DNA of 56,916 bases. Source: an uncultured Bdellovibrionales bacterium. GTDB taxonomy: Bacteria > Patescibacteriota > Minisyncoccia > Moranbacterales > UBA9337. How positions within the stretch are numbered: the first letter of the stretch is position 1; the number at the start of each line of letters is the position of its first letter. The notes below the pieces were generated by a model that saw only the letters and a list, made by a program, of their open reading frames with translations, did no database searches and was not told the DNA's origin. The stretch is taken from assembly GCA_964605525.1 (NCBI GenBank), contig CAZSCV010000007.1:1-56916 (forward strand), in the 5' to 3' direction. Shown in pieces: positions 17,501 through 26,764 of this stretch. Made by a program: the position numbers and the translations under genes.

Positions 17501-18037
17501 TTCCATAAAGAAATTTCCCTTGCCGAGTATTTGTTCATATTCCAGCGCAATTTTTTCCGCGTTTTCCATGTGATCGTTGGTAATTTCACTGGGAATTTCT
17601 CCGGCTAGGCATCCGCTCATCGCAATCAGTCCGGTGGAATATTTTCTCAAAGTTTTTTTGTCAATTCTGGGCTTGTAATAGAATCCTTCCAAGTGGGCGA
17701 TGGAAACCAGATGCATCAGATTTTTGTAGCCATCTTCATTTTTGACCAAAAGAGTGAGGTGGTGCATTTTTCGATCAAGAGCTGTATTATTCTTACTGGT
17801 TAAATCATGGGAAACATACATTTCGCATCCGATAATCGGTTTGATTCCCCGTTCTTTGGCTTTGATGGAAAATTCTACCGCGCCATACATCACGCCGTGG
17901 TCGGTGAGCGCCAGCGAGTCCATTCCCATTTCTTTGGCGCGATCAAGAAGCTCATCGATTTTTGCCAAACCGTCCAGGAGTGAATAATGGCTGTGGACAT
18001 GCAAGTGTGTGAATTTTTTATTTGAATTTTCTGACAT
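14543..18037 (-). CDS. dnaE: DNA polymerase III alpha subunit
   Basis: PHP domain HLHVHSHYSLLDG, GPGRGSAAGS, RISMPDVDMDF, GLLKMDFLGL, YGFNRSH. Confidence 0.98.
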   Translation of the reverse strand: MSENSNKKFTHLHVHSHYSLLDGLAKIDELLDRAKEMGMDSLALTDHGVMYGAVEFSIKAKERGIKPIIGCEMYVSHDLTSKNNTALDRKMHHLTLLVKNEDGYKNLMHLVSIAHLEGFYYKPRIDKKTLRKYSTGLIAMSGCLAGEIPSEITNDHMENAEKIALEYEQILGKGNFFMELQHHPGNIQQKTANQGMLEISKKTGIPVVATGDIHYVNKEDAEIQDILLCIQTNRKVQEKNRMSLMDFDLSMKSPEEMQRAFKNTPEAIANTQEIVNKCDFHIKLGETQLPHFDVPDGYTDVTYLRHLTEKGLEKKYQGNITQEHRDRMEYELGIIEKTGFPSYFLIVQDFVNWAKQQGIVVGPGRGSAAGSFVSYLIGITNVDPIKYDLLFERFLNPERISMPDVDMDFADNRRDEVLDYVRKKYGHDHVAQIITFGTMAARAAIRDAGRALGLEYSFCDRTAKMIPMFSNITEALEDAKEFKQLYESDPNGKKLIDSAKKLEGVARHASMHACGVVITKEPVTTYSPLQTLAKGGDGLVTQYSSSTKSSYVEKIGLLKMDFLGLKNLTIIQNTLNIVRKTKGLEIDIENIPLDDKKTYELLQHANTTGVFQLESSGMKRYLKQLMPNNLEDVIAMVALYRPGPMDWIPDFIARKHGLKKITYLHPKLEPILKKTYGVAVYQEQVMQMAQQLAGFTLGEADVLRKAVGKKILDLIQEQKIKFVEGCVKNGIDKKTAENVFAFIEPFAGYGFNRSHAACYGLIGYQTAYLKAHYPAEFMAALMTSDQDNIDRIAIEVDESKHMEIEVLPPDVNESFEEFAVVKGADDKEKIRFGLNAIKNVGKPVAHEIVAERKRNGKYAGLGDMLERITIRDLNKKSIEALAKVGALDQMAERNQILENIETILAFSKNIQKNKNSSQTSLFGEEILSKAQIQLEVAAPAEKKEKLQWEKELLGLYVSGHPVSDYQEYFNQMAIPINALNQNMVGQMVKVGGVISAVKKIVTKRHQEMMFATIEDLKGKIELLIFPKTLERIGSIWQEDRIVLVEGKLSNKDGVFKILAEDAKEINQQELESFKRVLHTQKSNGHFEKKDAPIENEKLTIILPPGSSQMTLKNISDTLGVCKFGKTRIYLSLNGSKMETSYSVAIGKDLIEKIEKTTGAKIELM

Positions 18038-18050
18038 ATATTTTGTTTGA

Positions 18051-18157
18051 AATTTTCAATTTTCAATTTTCAATTTTGAAACAATTTTCAATGGTTCAAT
18101 CTTAAAATTTTAAAATTAAGACATTGTTTGAAAATTGTAAATTAAAAATTGATAATT
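18051..18157. repeat. ~110-bp AT-rich palindromic element with heptamer arms (copy A)
   Basis: (AATTTTC)3 AATTTTG AAACAAT ... ATTGTTTGAAAATT followed by heptamers; same core as 32780-32888. Confidence 0.75.
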
Positions 18158-18379
18158 AAAAAGCCTCGCTATGAAATAGCAGGCGTGGCAAAACGTAAAA
18201 ACATAAATTTAAACACAGTATTTTATTCATATATTTATTCTCCTCATAGCCCAGGTTTCCCAACGGGTTTTGCAGGAAAAGTTTTTATCTTATTTGAAAG
18301 TATAGCATATTTTTGAAAAATAAAAAATCGCGCCGATGGATGGATTTCCAGGGCGTGAAAGATGGTGTATTATTAAGAT

Positions 18380-19132
18380 ATGGAAATAGCAACATTTGAT
18401 TTGGAAAAAGAACTTTTAGGGAAGGGGTATGGTTTTGTTGTTGGGGTGGATGAGGCGGGGAGGGGACCATTAGCCGGACCTGTTGTGGCTGCGGCAACCA
18501 TTGTCCGGAATGACAAATTTCAAATTTCAAATTTCAAATCAAATTCAAATGAACAAAATTCAAATAACAAAAACTGGAATCTGATTCGGGATTCGAAGAA
18601 ACTTTCCGCCAAGCAGCGCGAGAAAGCTTTTGATTTTGTTTTGGAAAATTTTCACGTGGGAATCGGAATTTGCGACCACGAAACAATCGACCGAATTAAT
18701 ATTTTGGAAGCCAGTTTTTTAGCGATGAAGAAAGCGCTGACAAACTTGATAAAATCAAGTAATTTCCAATTTCCAATTTTCAATTTCCAATCAATTTCTA
18801 ATAATCAAATTTCCAGTGATTTAAAAAATGAAAAACAGTTGCTGAAATATATTATTCTTGTTGATGGGAACAAGAAAATTCCCAATTTTTCCGGGGAGCA
18901 GTTGGCGGTAGTTGGCGGGGACAAGATTGTTAAATCGATTTCGGCGGCGTCGATTGTCGCTAAAGTGACCAGGGACCGAATGATGATGGAAGCGCACGAG
19001 AAATACCCTCAGTATCATTTCGACAAACATAAGGGCTATGGCACTAAAATCCACATGGAATCGCTCAAACAATACGGACCTTGTGAAATTCATCGGAAAT
19101 CCTTTGCTCCGGTTAAAAAAACGTTAAAATAA
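18380..19132 (+). CDS. rnhB: ribonuclease HII with two low-complexity insertions
   Basis: GVDEAGRGPLAGPVVAAA, DSKKLS, VDGN, SISAASIVAKVTRD, KHKGYGT. Confidence 0.96.
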   Translation: MEIATFDLEKELLGKGYGFVVGVDEAGRGPLAGPVVAAATIVRNDKFQISNFKSNSNEQNSNNKNWNLIRDSKKLSAKQREKAFDFVLENFHVGIGICDHETIDRINILEASFLAMKKALTNLIKSSNFQFPIFNFQSISNNQISSDLKNEKQLLKYIILVDGNKKIPNFSGEQLAVVGGDKIVKSISAASIVAKVTRDRMMMEAHEKYPQYHFDKHKGYGTKIHMESLKQYGPCEIHRKSFAPVKKTLK

Positions 19133-19314
19133 AGAATTTTTGCATTAAAACTTATCTCACTCATTTTTATGCAATCGCATAAAAGTGAGTGAGTGGCAGA
19201 GAGTCTTATTGAGCGACTCTTGTCAAATTGGAAGTTCAATGGTAGACTTTTTCAGTAGTTAGATTTTCAAAAAATAAATAATTTAACTGTATAACAATTT
19301 AGCAATTTAATATT

Positions 19315-19515
19315 ATGCCAGTACCAAAACAACGACACAACAAAGCCAGACAAGGAAGAAGGAGAGCCGGACAGCTTCAAGCTGTCGGAATTAAAAAAAC
19401 TCAGAAATGCCTGAAATGCGGAGCAACGGTAATGCCTCACAGGGCTTGCGCCAAGTGCGGATATTACAAGGGAAATGAAATTGTAAATACTTTAAAAAAG
19501 AAGAAAAAGCAATAG
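19315..19515 (+). CDS. rpmF: 50S ribosomal protein L32
   Basis: [27 protein letters not shown]. Confidence 0.95.
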   Translation: MPVPKQRHNKARQGRRRAGQLQAVGIKKTQKCLKCGATVMPHRACAKCGYYKGNEIVNTLKKKKKQ

Positions 19516-19555
19516 TTTTTTAAACTTCTCGCTTTACACTTCTAGTTTTTTATAT

Positions 19556-20047
19556 ATGGCCAATCGACATTTGCAAAGATCGATAGCAATGCAATCTCTC
19601 TTTGAGTGGGATTTTGGAGGATGTGGAGATAATACATCCAAAGAGATTATAGAACGCAATGTGGGTGAATTTGCTGCCGGACTCAAGGAGGCGAATCTTG
19701 TTGGATCGCTCGTGGATGGTGTTATCAGCCATAAAAAGCAAATCAATGAATTGATTGAAAAATGCGCTCCGGAATGGCCATTGGATCAAATTACTATCGT
19801 TGATAGAAATATTTTACGCTTGGGAATTTATGAGTTGATACATGGAAATTATCAAGAAGTTCCTCCAAAAGTGGCGATCAATGAGGCGATTGAACTGGCG
19901 AAAACTTTCGGCGGGACCAATTCCGCAAAATTTGTTAACGGAGTTTTGGGGACAATTTATCGAGAAATGGGAGAGCCAATGAAAGATGATTGCAGTGAAA
20001 AACACAAAAAACCCAAGAATGATAATGAAGAAATTATAAATAAGTAA
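19556..20047 (+). CDS. nusB: transcription antitermination factor NusB
   Basis: [38 protein letters not shown]. Confidence 0.96.
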   Translation: MANRHLQRSIAMQSLFEWDFGGCGDNTSKEIIERNVGEFAAGLKEANLVGSLVDGVISHKKQINELIEKCAPEWPLDQITIVDRNILRLGIYELIHGNYQEVPPKVAINEAIELAKTFGGTNSAKFVNGVLGTIYREMGEPMKDDCSEKHKKPKNDNEEIINK

Positions 20048-20157
20048 AATTACAGATAAAATTAAATAAGTTCTAATTTTTTGTAATAGTAGGCAGCATA
20101 GGTCATTAGCAGTTTTTGGAAAACAGCCACTGACATTTGTTTCTTACGATTAAGCAA

Positions 20158-20844
20158 ATGTCTATTGAAAAATTTGCAGAGAATCTCGGAATTGAATTTA
20201 AAAATCTTGATTTTTTCAGGGAGGCTCTTACTCATCGTTCTTATTTAAATGAAAATCGTTCATATAAATTAAACCACAACGAGCGAATGGAATTCTTGGG
20301 TGATGCTGTTTTGGAATTGGTGGTTACTGAATTTTTGTATCATAACTATCCCAATCCGGAAGGAGAGCTTACGAGCTGGAGAGCGGCGTTGGTAAACGGA
20401 GAGATGCTGGCGAGTATTGCGGGGGAATTAGGAGTGGAGGATTATTTATTGATGAGCAGAGGAGAAGCTAAGGATACCGGGCGCGCCCGCCAATATCTTT
20501 TGGCAAATGCAATGGAAGCGATTATTGGAGCGATTTATTTGGATCAAGGATATGACAGCGCCAAAAAATTCATTATGGATAATGTGGCAATCAAAATTGA
20601 GGATATCTTGAAAAACAAATCATATATGGATCCGAAGAGCTATTTTCAAGAAAAAGCCCAGGAGCATGAAAGAATCACGCCGGCATACCGGGTTATCAAG
20701 GAATGGGGTCCGGATCATGACAAGCGTTTCGTTGTGGGGGTTTTCATCGGAGATGAATTGATTGCTGAAGGAGAAGGAATATCCAAACAAGATGCCCAAA
20801 GAAACGCCGCCGCCGCCGGATTGGAAAAGAAAGGATGGGAGTAG
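20158..20844 (+). CDS. rnc: ribonuclease III
   Basis: ALTHRSY, NERMEFLGDAVLEL, dsRBD with GPDHDK; start at ATG 20158. Confidence 0.97.
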   Translation: MSIEKFAENLGIEFKNLDFFREALTHRSYLNENRSYKLNHNERMEFLGDAVLELVVTEFLYHNYPNPEGELTSWRAALVNGEMLASIAGELGVEDYLLMSRGEAKDTGRARQYLLANAMEAIIGAIYLDQGYDSAKKFIMDNVAIKIEDILKNKSYMDPKSYFQEKAQEHERITPAYRVIKEWGPDHDKRFVVGVFIGDELIAEGEGISKQDAQRNAAAAGLEKKGWE

Positions 20845-20999
20845 ATAAAAAAATGTGGAACGTATTTCTTAAATCGATCGAAATTCAGGCGGTCGATTTT
20901 TTTTATTTCCTAAAATTCAAAAATGTAGTAAGATAAAATGGTGAAGTGAAAAATAATAAATCGTTAGTTTGGATTGCTAATTTTTAGTGATGATTTTGC

Positions 21000-23327
21000 A
21001 TGTTCTTAAAGAGTCTTGAAATACAGGGGTTTAAATCGTTTGCCAATCGAACCGTGCTGGAATTTGATCCAGAGCGGGGTTTTGGCGATGCCGAGAAAAA
21101 TGCTCAAGGGATTACGGCAATCGTCGGACCCAATGGAAGCGGAAAATCCAATGTCGCCGATGCGATTCGCTGGGTAATGGGGGAGCAGTCGATGAAAAAT
21201 TTGCGCGGAAAAAAATCCGAAGATATTATTTTTGCCGGATCAGGGAAAAAAGCCAGGCTCGGAAGCGCTTGGGTAAAATTGAGTTTTGATAATTCACAAA
21301 AAAGAATTCCCTTGGATTTTTCGGAAGTTTCAGTGACGCGAAAAATATATCGAAGCGGAGAATCGGAATATCTGATTAACGGCAGTCGGGTGCGCCTCGT
21401 TGATGTGGTGGATCTTTTGGCAAAAGCGGGAATTGGAAAAGAAAGCTATTGCGTGATTAATCAGGGGATGTCCGATGCCGTGCTCAATGCTAGTCAAATA
21501 GACAGACGGATGATTCTTGAAGATGCTGCCGGAGTGAAACAATTTCAAATTCAAAAAGAAAGAGCTTTGAAAAAACTCTTAAATACTAGAATAAATCTGG
21601 AAAGAGTATATGAACTTGCCAAAGAAATCGAACCGCATTTGCGGATGCTCAAACGGCAAGCGGAAAAATCAGCCCAAAGAAAGGAAGTAGAAGAAAAACT
21701 CAAAGAAGAGCAAGTGAAGCTCTATTCATTTTTGTGGCATAATTTTCAAAGAGAACGCAGTGGGTCATTTGAAGAAAAAGAGGAATTGGGGCGCCGAATG
21801 ATGAATATTCAACGCGAAGCGGATAAAATAAATGATGATCTAAAGAGTGAATCGGGAGAGGTAAAGGATTCTAGTGGGCAGGAAAAATTTGAGCAAGAAA
21901 GAGGATTGGCATATCAAAAACTGAATGAATTGGAAAAACAGCGGGCGATTATTGACGGTCGGATTGAAATTCTCGAAGAAAGAAAAGACCAGCAAAAAGT
22001 AATTCAAAGCATTCCCGTTGATCGAAAATATGTCAAAGGGCATTTGAGTGAAATTAAAAAAAATCATGAAAAATTGATTCAGAGATTGGAAAATGCGGAA
22101 TCGATGGATCAATTGCAGGATATTTCCGAATTTGCGCGTGTCATCAGTCAATCTATTTTTGAATTACTGGCGGATGTGGACAAGGGTGAAGCCAAGATAG
22201 AACAAATCCCGGGAAAATCAAAGGAGGAACTTGAAATTGTGGAAAAAATTGAAATTTATCGAAAGCAAAAAAGCAAAATTATAGAAGATATCGCTGATTT
22301 TAAGAAAAAAATTGAGCAAGCAGATTTGAAAATCAAGCAAGAAATCGAAAAAGATAAAAAAGCCCGAGAAAAATTTTTCCAATTAGAAGGTCAATTGCAA
22401 TCGAAGCAGGCAGAATTGAACAGATTGCGGGATAGTTTTAACGAAGCTAAGATTCGTTTGGCGCGTGTTGAAGTTCGAGAGGAAGATTTGATTGAAGAGG
22501 TTAAGAATGAATTGCAGGCAGAGGCGAAAAAACTTGAATATGACGGGAGTTTGGTTGATAAGGATAGGGCGGAAAGGGAAATAAGAAGATTGAAATTTCA
22601 AATGGAACAAATTGGAGGAATTGATCCGATGGTGATTCAAGAATACCAAGAAACAAAAGATCGTTTTGAATTTTTGACTCAGGAATCGAAAGATTTGGAA
22701 AACGCCATTGAATCGCTCAAAAAAATTGCCAAAGAAATGGACCAGAAGATTGAAAAAGTTTTTGCCAGCGCTTTCGACCAAATAAATAGCGAATTTTCCA
22801 AATACTTCAAAATTATTTTTGGTGGAGGAAAAGCCGAGTTGATTAAAACAAGAAAACCCCGCAGAATCCCGTTGCGGGATCGCGGGGCAGGCATAAAAAC
22901 AGAAGAACAAGAGAGTGATGAAGAAGATATTCCTGAGAATGATGATGGCGATGAAAAAGCTGAGATTGGAATTGATATTTCCGCCTGTCCTCCCGGCAAG
23001 AAAATTGCCAATTTGTCGATGCTTTCCGGAGGAGAAAGATCGCTTACCTCGATAGCACTGTTGTTTGCTATTATTTCTTATAATCCGCCGCCGTTTACGG
23101 TTCTGGATGAAATTGAAGCGGCACTGGATGAGGCGAATGCAAGGAGATTCAGTCGAATTTTACAGGAACTTTCCGGCGGAACACAGTTCATTGCTATCAC
23201 GCATAACCGAGAAACCATGCGCCAGGCTTCTTTTCTGTACGGCGTAACTATGGGAGAAGACGGAATCTCAAAAATTTTGTCAGTAAAATTGGAACAAATA
23301 GGAAAGGGCGGAAAAATACAAGAATAG
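21000..23327 (+). CDS. smc: short SMC-family ATPase (775 aa, no recognisable hinge)
   Basis: Walker A GPNGSGKS, signature LSGGE, Walker B/D-loop LDEIEAALD, ITHN; follows rnc. Confidence 0.85.
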   Translation: MFLKSLEIQGFKSFANRTVLEFDPERGFGDAEKNAQGITAIVGPNGSGKSNVADAIRWVMGEQSMKNLRGKKSEDIIFAGSGKKARLGSAWVKLSFDNSQKRIPLDFSEVSVTRKIYRSGESEYLINGSRVRLVDVVDLLAKAGIGKESYCVINQGMSDAVLNASQIDRRMILEDAAGVKQFQIQKERALKKLLNTRINLERVYELAKEIEPHLRMLKRQAEKSAQRKEVEEKLKEEQVKLYSFLWHNFQRERSGSFEEKEELGRRMMNIQREADKINDDLKSESGEVKDSSGQEKFEQERGLAYQKLNELEKQRAIIDGRIEILEERKDQQKVIQSIPVDRKYVKGHLSEIKKNHEKLIQRLENAESMDQLQDISEFARVISQSIFELLADVDKGEAKIEQIPGKSKEELEIVEKIEIYRKQKSKIIEDIADFKKKIEQADLKIKQEIEKDKKAREKFFQLEGQLQSKQAELNRLRDSFNEAKIRLARVEVREEDLIEEVKNELQAEAKKLEYDGSLVDKDRAEREIRRLKFQMEQIGGIDPMVIQEYQETKDRFEFLTQESKDLENAIESLKKIAKEMDQKIEKVFASAFDQINSEFSKYFKIIFGGGKAELIKTRKPRRIPLRDRGAGIKTEEQESDEEDIPENDDGDEKAEIGIDISACPPGKKIANLSMLSGGERSLTSIALLFAIISYNPPPFTVLDEIEAALDEANARRFSRILQELSGGTQFIAITHNRETMRQASFLYGVTMGEDGISKILSVKLEQIGKGGKIQE
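22857..22887. repeat. GC-rich palindrome in-frame in smc
   Basis: ccccgc-aga-atcccg-ttg-cgggat-cgcgggg; encodes PRRIPLRDRG in a variable loop. Confidence 0.6.
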
Positions 23328-23437
23328 AATGTTTTTGCAAAAAATAATATTCGATGTATAATTAAGAAAAATGAATTTCCAATATTGCTTGTTAAAAATA
23401 AATAAAAATAAATAATTAAATAATAATAAAAAACGTT

Positions 23438-23770
23438 ATGAAAAAGTATTATTCCTTGATTCTTTTTGCAGTATTCGTTTTACTGGCAGGTGCGATTTTG
23501 TTGGCCAAAAGCGGGAAGAATGATTTTGTTGAAAATAATCAAATTCCATCCTTTGTGAATGACGCTTCAAATAGCGGTACTTCCAATAATAATCCTATTG
23601 ATATTCAAGATGATATGAATAGTACTGATGCTAGTATTGAAAGCGTAGATTTGGAAAATATTGAAGTTGATTTCGAACAAGATGCTAATGAAACTGAAGA
23701 TCTTTTGGATGATTATTCTGATTTTGATCAGGATATTGACGCTGATTCCATTGATGAAGGTTTGTTATAA
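23438..23770 (+). CDS. membrane-anchored hypothetical protein with acidic tail
   Basis: N-terminal hydrophobic helix; Asp/Glu-rich C-terminus. Confidence 0.75.
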   Translation: MKKYYSLILFAVFVLLAGAILLAKSGKNDFVENNQIPSFVNDASNSGTSNNNPIDIQDDMNSTDASIESVDLENIEVDFEQDANETEDLLDDYSDFDQDIDADSIDEGLL

Positions 23771-23803
23771 ATCTTAAATAATTATTAATTTTTTCAAAAA
23801 TAA

Positions 23804-24643
23804 ATGAAAACTATTCTTAAAAGAAATAAAAAAATATCAATTTTATTGGGAAGTGTTTTTTTGTTTGCAACTGGATCGGCGAGTGCCGCGATTAACGTTG
23901 TTGAACCGAGTGTTGGAAGCAAAAAAGATCAGATGCAACAAATAAAAGAAGACCGAAAAGCGGATATGCAGGATCGTATTTGTGATCGAATGGAAGAGTT
24001 GGGCGGAAAAATCCAAGAAAGATTAAGAACGCGAAATGAAAATCAACAACAAAATCGTGATAAAAATGAGGTTCGCATTCAAACCAGAATGCAGGAACAA
24101 TTGGAAAATATTGAACAAAGGCGCCAGCTTAGGGATCAAAAAAGGGAGGAATTTTATTTGAGCTTGCAAGAAAGAGCGCAGACTGAGGAGCAAAATGCGG
24201 CTGTGTCAGAATTTAAAAATTCCATTGAAGATGCGGTTGAAATAAGAAGAGCGGCGGTTGACAAAGCTGTTGATGATTTTCATGATGGAGTTCAGCAAGC
24301 GATTGATGACAGGAACTCTTCTGTCGACAATTTGGTTTCTGACTATCAGAAAAGCCGGGAACGGGTAGCAGCTGAAGTTAAGAATGTTTGCGATATTAGT
24401 AGTGATGCTGTCGGCGTCAGGCAATCATTGCAGACTAAATTGCAAAAAGCAAAAGATGATTTCAAGTTAAGTAAGCAGGATATTCCGAATGTCGGTGAGA
24501 AAGTCAAGGAATTGGCGCAGATAAGAAAAGAAGCCGTTCGGAAGGCATCGGAAGATTTTGTGGCGGCTGTAAAATCTGCCCAGGAAAAGATGAGATCTGA
24601 ATTTCAAACTGAGGTCAAAAACACAGATTTGGAGGTTGAATAA
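23804..24643 (+). CDS. secreted coiled-coil hypothetical protein
   Basis: Signal peptide (..ATGSASAA); long Q/E/R-rich helices; two Cys. Confidence 0.8.
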   Translation: MKTILKRNKKISILLGSVFLFATGSASAAINVVEPSVGSKKDQMQQIKEDRKADMQDRICDRMEELGGKIQERLRTRNENQQQNRDKNEVRIQTRMQEQLENIEQRRQLRDQKREEFYLSLQERAQTEEQNAAVSEFKNSIEDAVEIRRAAVDKAVDDFHDGVQQAIDDRNSSVDNLVSDYQKSRERVAAEVKNVCDISSDAVGVRQSLQTKLQKAKDDFKLSKQDIPNVGEKVKELAQIRKEAVRKASEDFVAAVKSAQEKMRSEFQTEVKNTDLEVE

Positions 24644-24765
24644 TTTCCGCAAAATCCTCTTGGTTATTTGACATATTGCGGAGAATAGTATAGGATGGAT
24701 TAGTAAAAATTAAGCATTAAAAACAAGCAATCTGAAATTATGTTTGTTTGCGGTTTATAATATTT

Positions 24766-25107
24766 ATGTTGGTAATAAGATTTTCAAGAGTAGGAAAAAA
24801 GAATAAGGCTCAATATCGAATCGTTGTCCAGGAGCACACTGCAAATCCGAGAGGAAAACATGCTGATATCGTTGGAAGTTATGATCCGCATTCCAAAAAA
24901 AGCGTTCTCAAAAAGGATAAAATAGCACAATGGATAAAAAACGGCGTTCAGCTTTCTGACTCTGTTCATAATCTTTTTGTGGCGGAAAAAATTATCGAAG
25001 GACCAAAACGAGCGGTAAAAATGCCTAAAAAAGAAGTCGAGGTTGCAGTTGAGCAGGCGGCAGGAGAGGTTGTAAAAGCAGAAGAAAAAACTGAAGCAGG
25101 GAAGTAG
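24766..25107 (+). CDS. rpsP: 30S ribosomal protein S16
   Basis: MLVIRFSRVGKK, YRIVV, GSYDP, GVQLSDSV; start at ATG 24766. Confidence 0.95.
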   Translation: MLVIRFSRVGKKNKAQYRIVVQEHTANPRGKHADIVGSYDPHSKKSVLKKDKIAQWIKNGVQLSDSVHNLFVAEKIIEGPKRAVKMPKKEVEVAVEQAAGEVVKAEEKTEAGK

Positions 25108-25116
25108 TCTCCAATA

Positions 25117-25145
25117 TTGACAGGCTGATGATTCAAATATATACT
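25117..25145 (+). promoter_or_regulatory. sigma70 promoter of rplJ-rplL
   Basis: TTGACA-N17-TATACT. Confidence 0.75.
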
Positions 25146-25164
25146 GAAAAAATAAAATTGAAGT

Positions 25165-25232
25165 TTTCCGCAGACAGCAGGCATTGTATTGTGAAAATGG
25201 TGCGATACAAATAGGTCCTGCCGAGGAAAAGA
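25165..25232 (+). promoter_or_regulatory. L10 leader (rplJ autoregulatory RNA)
   Basis: CCGCAGACAGCAGG ... CCTGCCGAGG flanking a hairpin, the characteristic L10 leader pattern, upstream of rplJ. Confidence 0.8.
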
Positions 25233-25332
25233 TTTTTAGCGAAAGTTAATTTTCTTTATGCCTTACTGCGGGTTATCCGCAGTTTTTGTTTTCTCTGTAA
25301 AGTGTGTGAATTTTTTAAATTTAAATAATCCT

Positions 25333-25851
25333 ATGTTAACAAGAAAAAACAAAGAGCAAATCGTAAAAGATTTGACTGAAGAAATAAAATCCGCAAAATC
25401 TGTTGTTTTTGCTGATTTTAAGGGAGTTAAAGTTAATGAGTCGATAAAGCTGAAAAAAGAGTTAAAAAAAGAAGGTTCAAATCTCCGGGTGTATAAAAAG
25501 AATTTGATTGATATTGCTTTGAAAAATGCGAACGTTGATTTGAAGACGAAAGGAATGGAAGGGCAAGTAGCTGTTTCTATTGCCACTCAAGATGAAGTAA
25601 GTTCAGCGAGAATTATTGAGAAGTTTTCCAAAACCAATGAAAGTTTGAAAATATTGGGAGGAATTTTGGGGATTAAGGCTATGAGTGCGCAGGAAGTTAT
25701 TGCTTTGGCGAAATTGCCAAGCAAGGAAGAATTGCTGTCGAGATTGGTCGGAAGCTTGAGTTCTCCTATCCGAGGATTGATGAATGTCTTCCAGGGAAAC
25801 CAGCGTTCATTGGTTCAAGTTTTAAAAGCTATTAGTGAAAGTAAGCAATAA
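25333..25851 (+). CDS. rplJ: 50S ribosomal protein L10
   Basis: KEQIVKDL, VYKKNLI, ALAKLPSKEELLSRLVG; start at ATG 25333. Confidence 0.95.
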   Translation: MLTRKNKEQIVKDLTEEIKSAKSVVFADFKGVKVNESIKLKKELKKEGSNLRVYKKNLIDIALKNANVDLKTKGMEGQVAVSIATQDEVSSARIIEKFSKTNESLKILGGILGIKAMSAQEVIALAKLPSKEELLSRLVGSLSSPIRGLMNVFQGNQRSLVQVLKAISESKQ

Positions 25852-25912
25852 TTTAAATAATAATTAATAGGTCGTATAAGACAAATAAGACTTATAAGAC
25901 GTATATAAAAGT

Positions 25913-26350
25913 ATGACTGAAGAAAAAAAAGTTGAAGCCACAGAGGCTAAAGAAGAGAAGAAGGAAGTAGAGGTTCCGGAAAAATTCAAAAAGCTTGTTT
26001 CCGAAATTGAAAAAATGAGTGTTTTGGATCTTTCAGAATTGGTGAAAGTTTTGGAAGAAAAATTCGGAGTTAGTGCTGCTGCTCCAATGATGATGGGTCC
26101 TGCCGTGGCAGGCGCTGCAGGAGAGGCTGTTGAAGAAAAAACTGATTTCGATGTTGAATTAGTTGCTGCTGGAGAGCAAAAAATCAATGTGATTAAAGCT
26201 GTTCGTGAAATTACCGGATTGGGACTTAAGGAAGCCAAAGATATGGTTGATGCTGCTCCAAAAGTAATCAAGGAAAAAGCTGCGAAAGCAGAAGCGGAAG
26301 AAATCAAAAAGAAATTGGAAGACGCCGGAGCTACTGTTAACTTGAAATAA
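25913..26350 (+). CDS. rplL: 50S ribosomal protein L7/L12
   Basis: [44 protein letters not shown]. Confidence 0.98.
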   Translation: MTEEKKVEATEAKEEKKEVEVPEKFKKLVSEIEKMSVLDLSELVKVLEEKFGVSAAAPMMMGPAVAGAAGEAVEEKTDFDVELVAAGEQKINVIKAVREITGLGLKEAKDMVDAAPKVIKEKAAKAEAEEIKKKLEDAGATVNLK

Positions 26351-26389
26351 TTTAAGAATTATTTTTCTAGACAAGCGACAGATATAACT

Positions 26390-26421
26390 AAAAATCCCCG
26401 ATGTGATGTCGGGGATTTTTT
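26390..26421 (+). terminator. intrinsic terminator after rplL
   Basis: aaaaatccccga / tcggggattttt. Confidence 0.8.
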
Positions 26422-26764
26422 GTATACAACAAGAAAGATGTCCAGTTTTCCAAAGATATGTAAGCGAATCTTCTGCTGTTGTATCTTTGGAAAACCGGTT
26501 GTTTTTTGCAAAAATAATCCCGCTAGCACCTCGTCAATATGACTTTATCATACTAATTCCGCGCTCGCGGTTTCTTTTTTGCCCTCTTTTCCCTAATCCT
26601 AGAAAAGAAGATTCATTTCTCCGTTTTTAGCGAAGAGGATTAGATTTGGTAGCACTTACTATTACCGTTTTTGATAGTAATATATTTCATTGCAAATAAA
26701 AAATCCCGCAGCGGCAAGTAGTAATATTGCCGTGCGGGGTTTTTGCTTTTTGAGAGGAAAAGGT

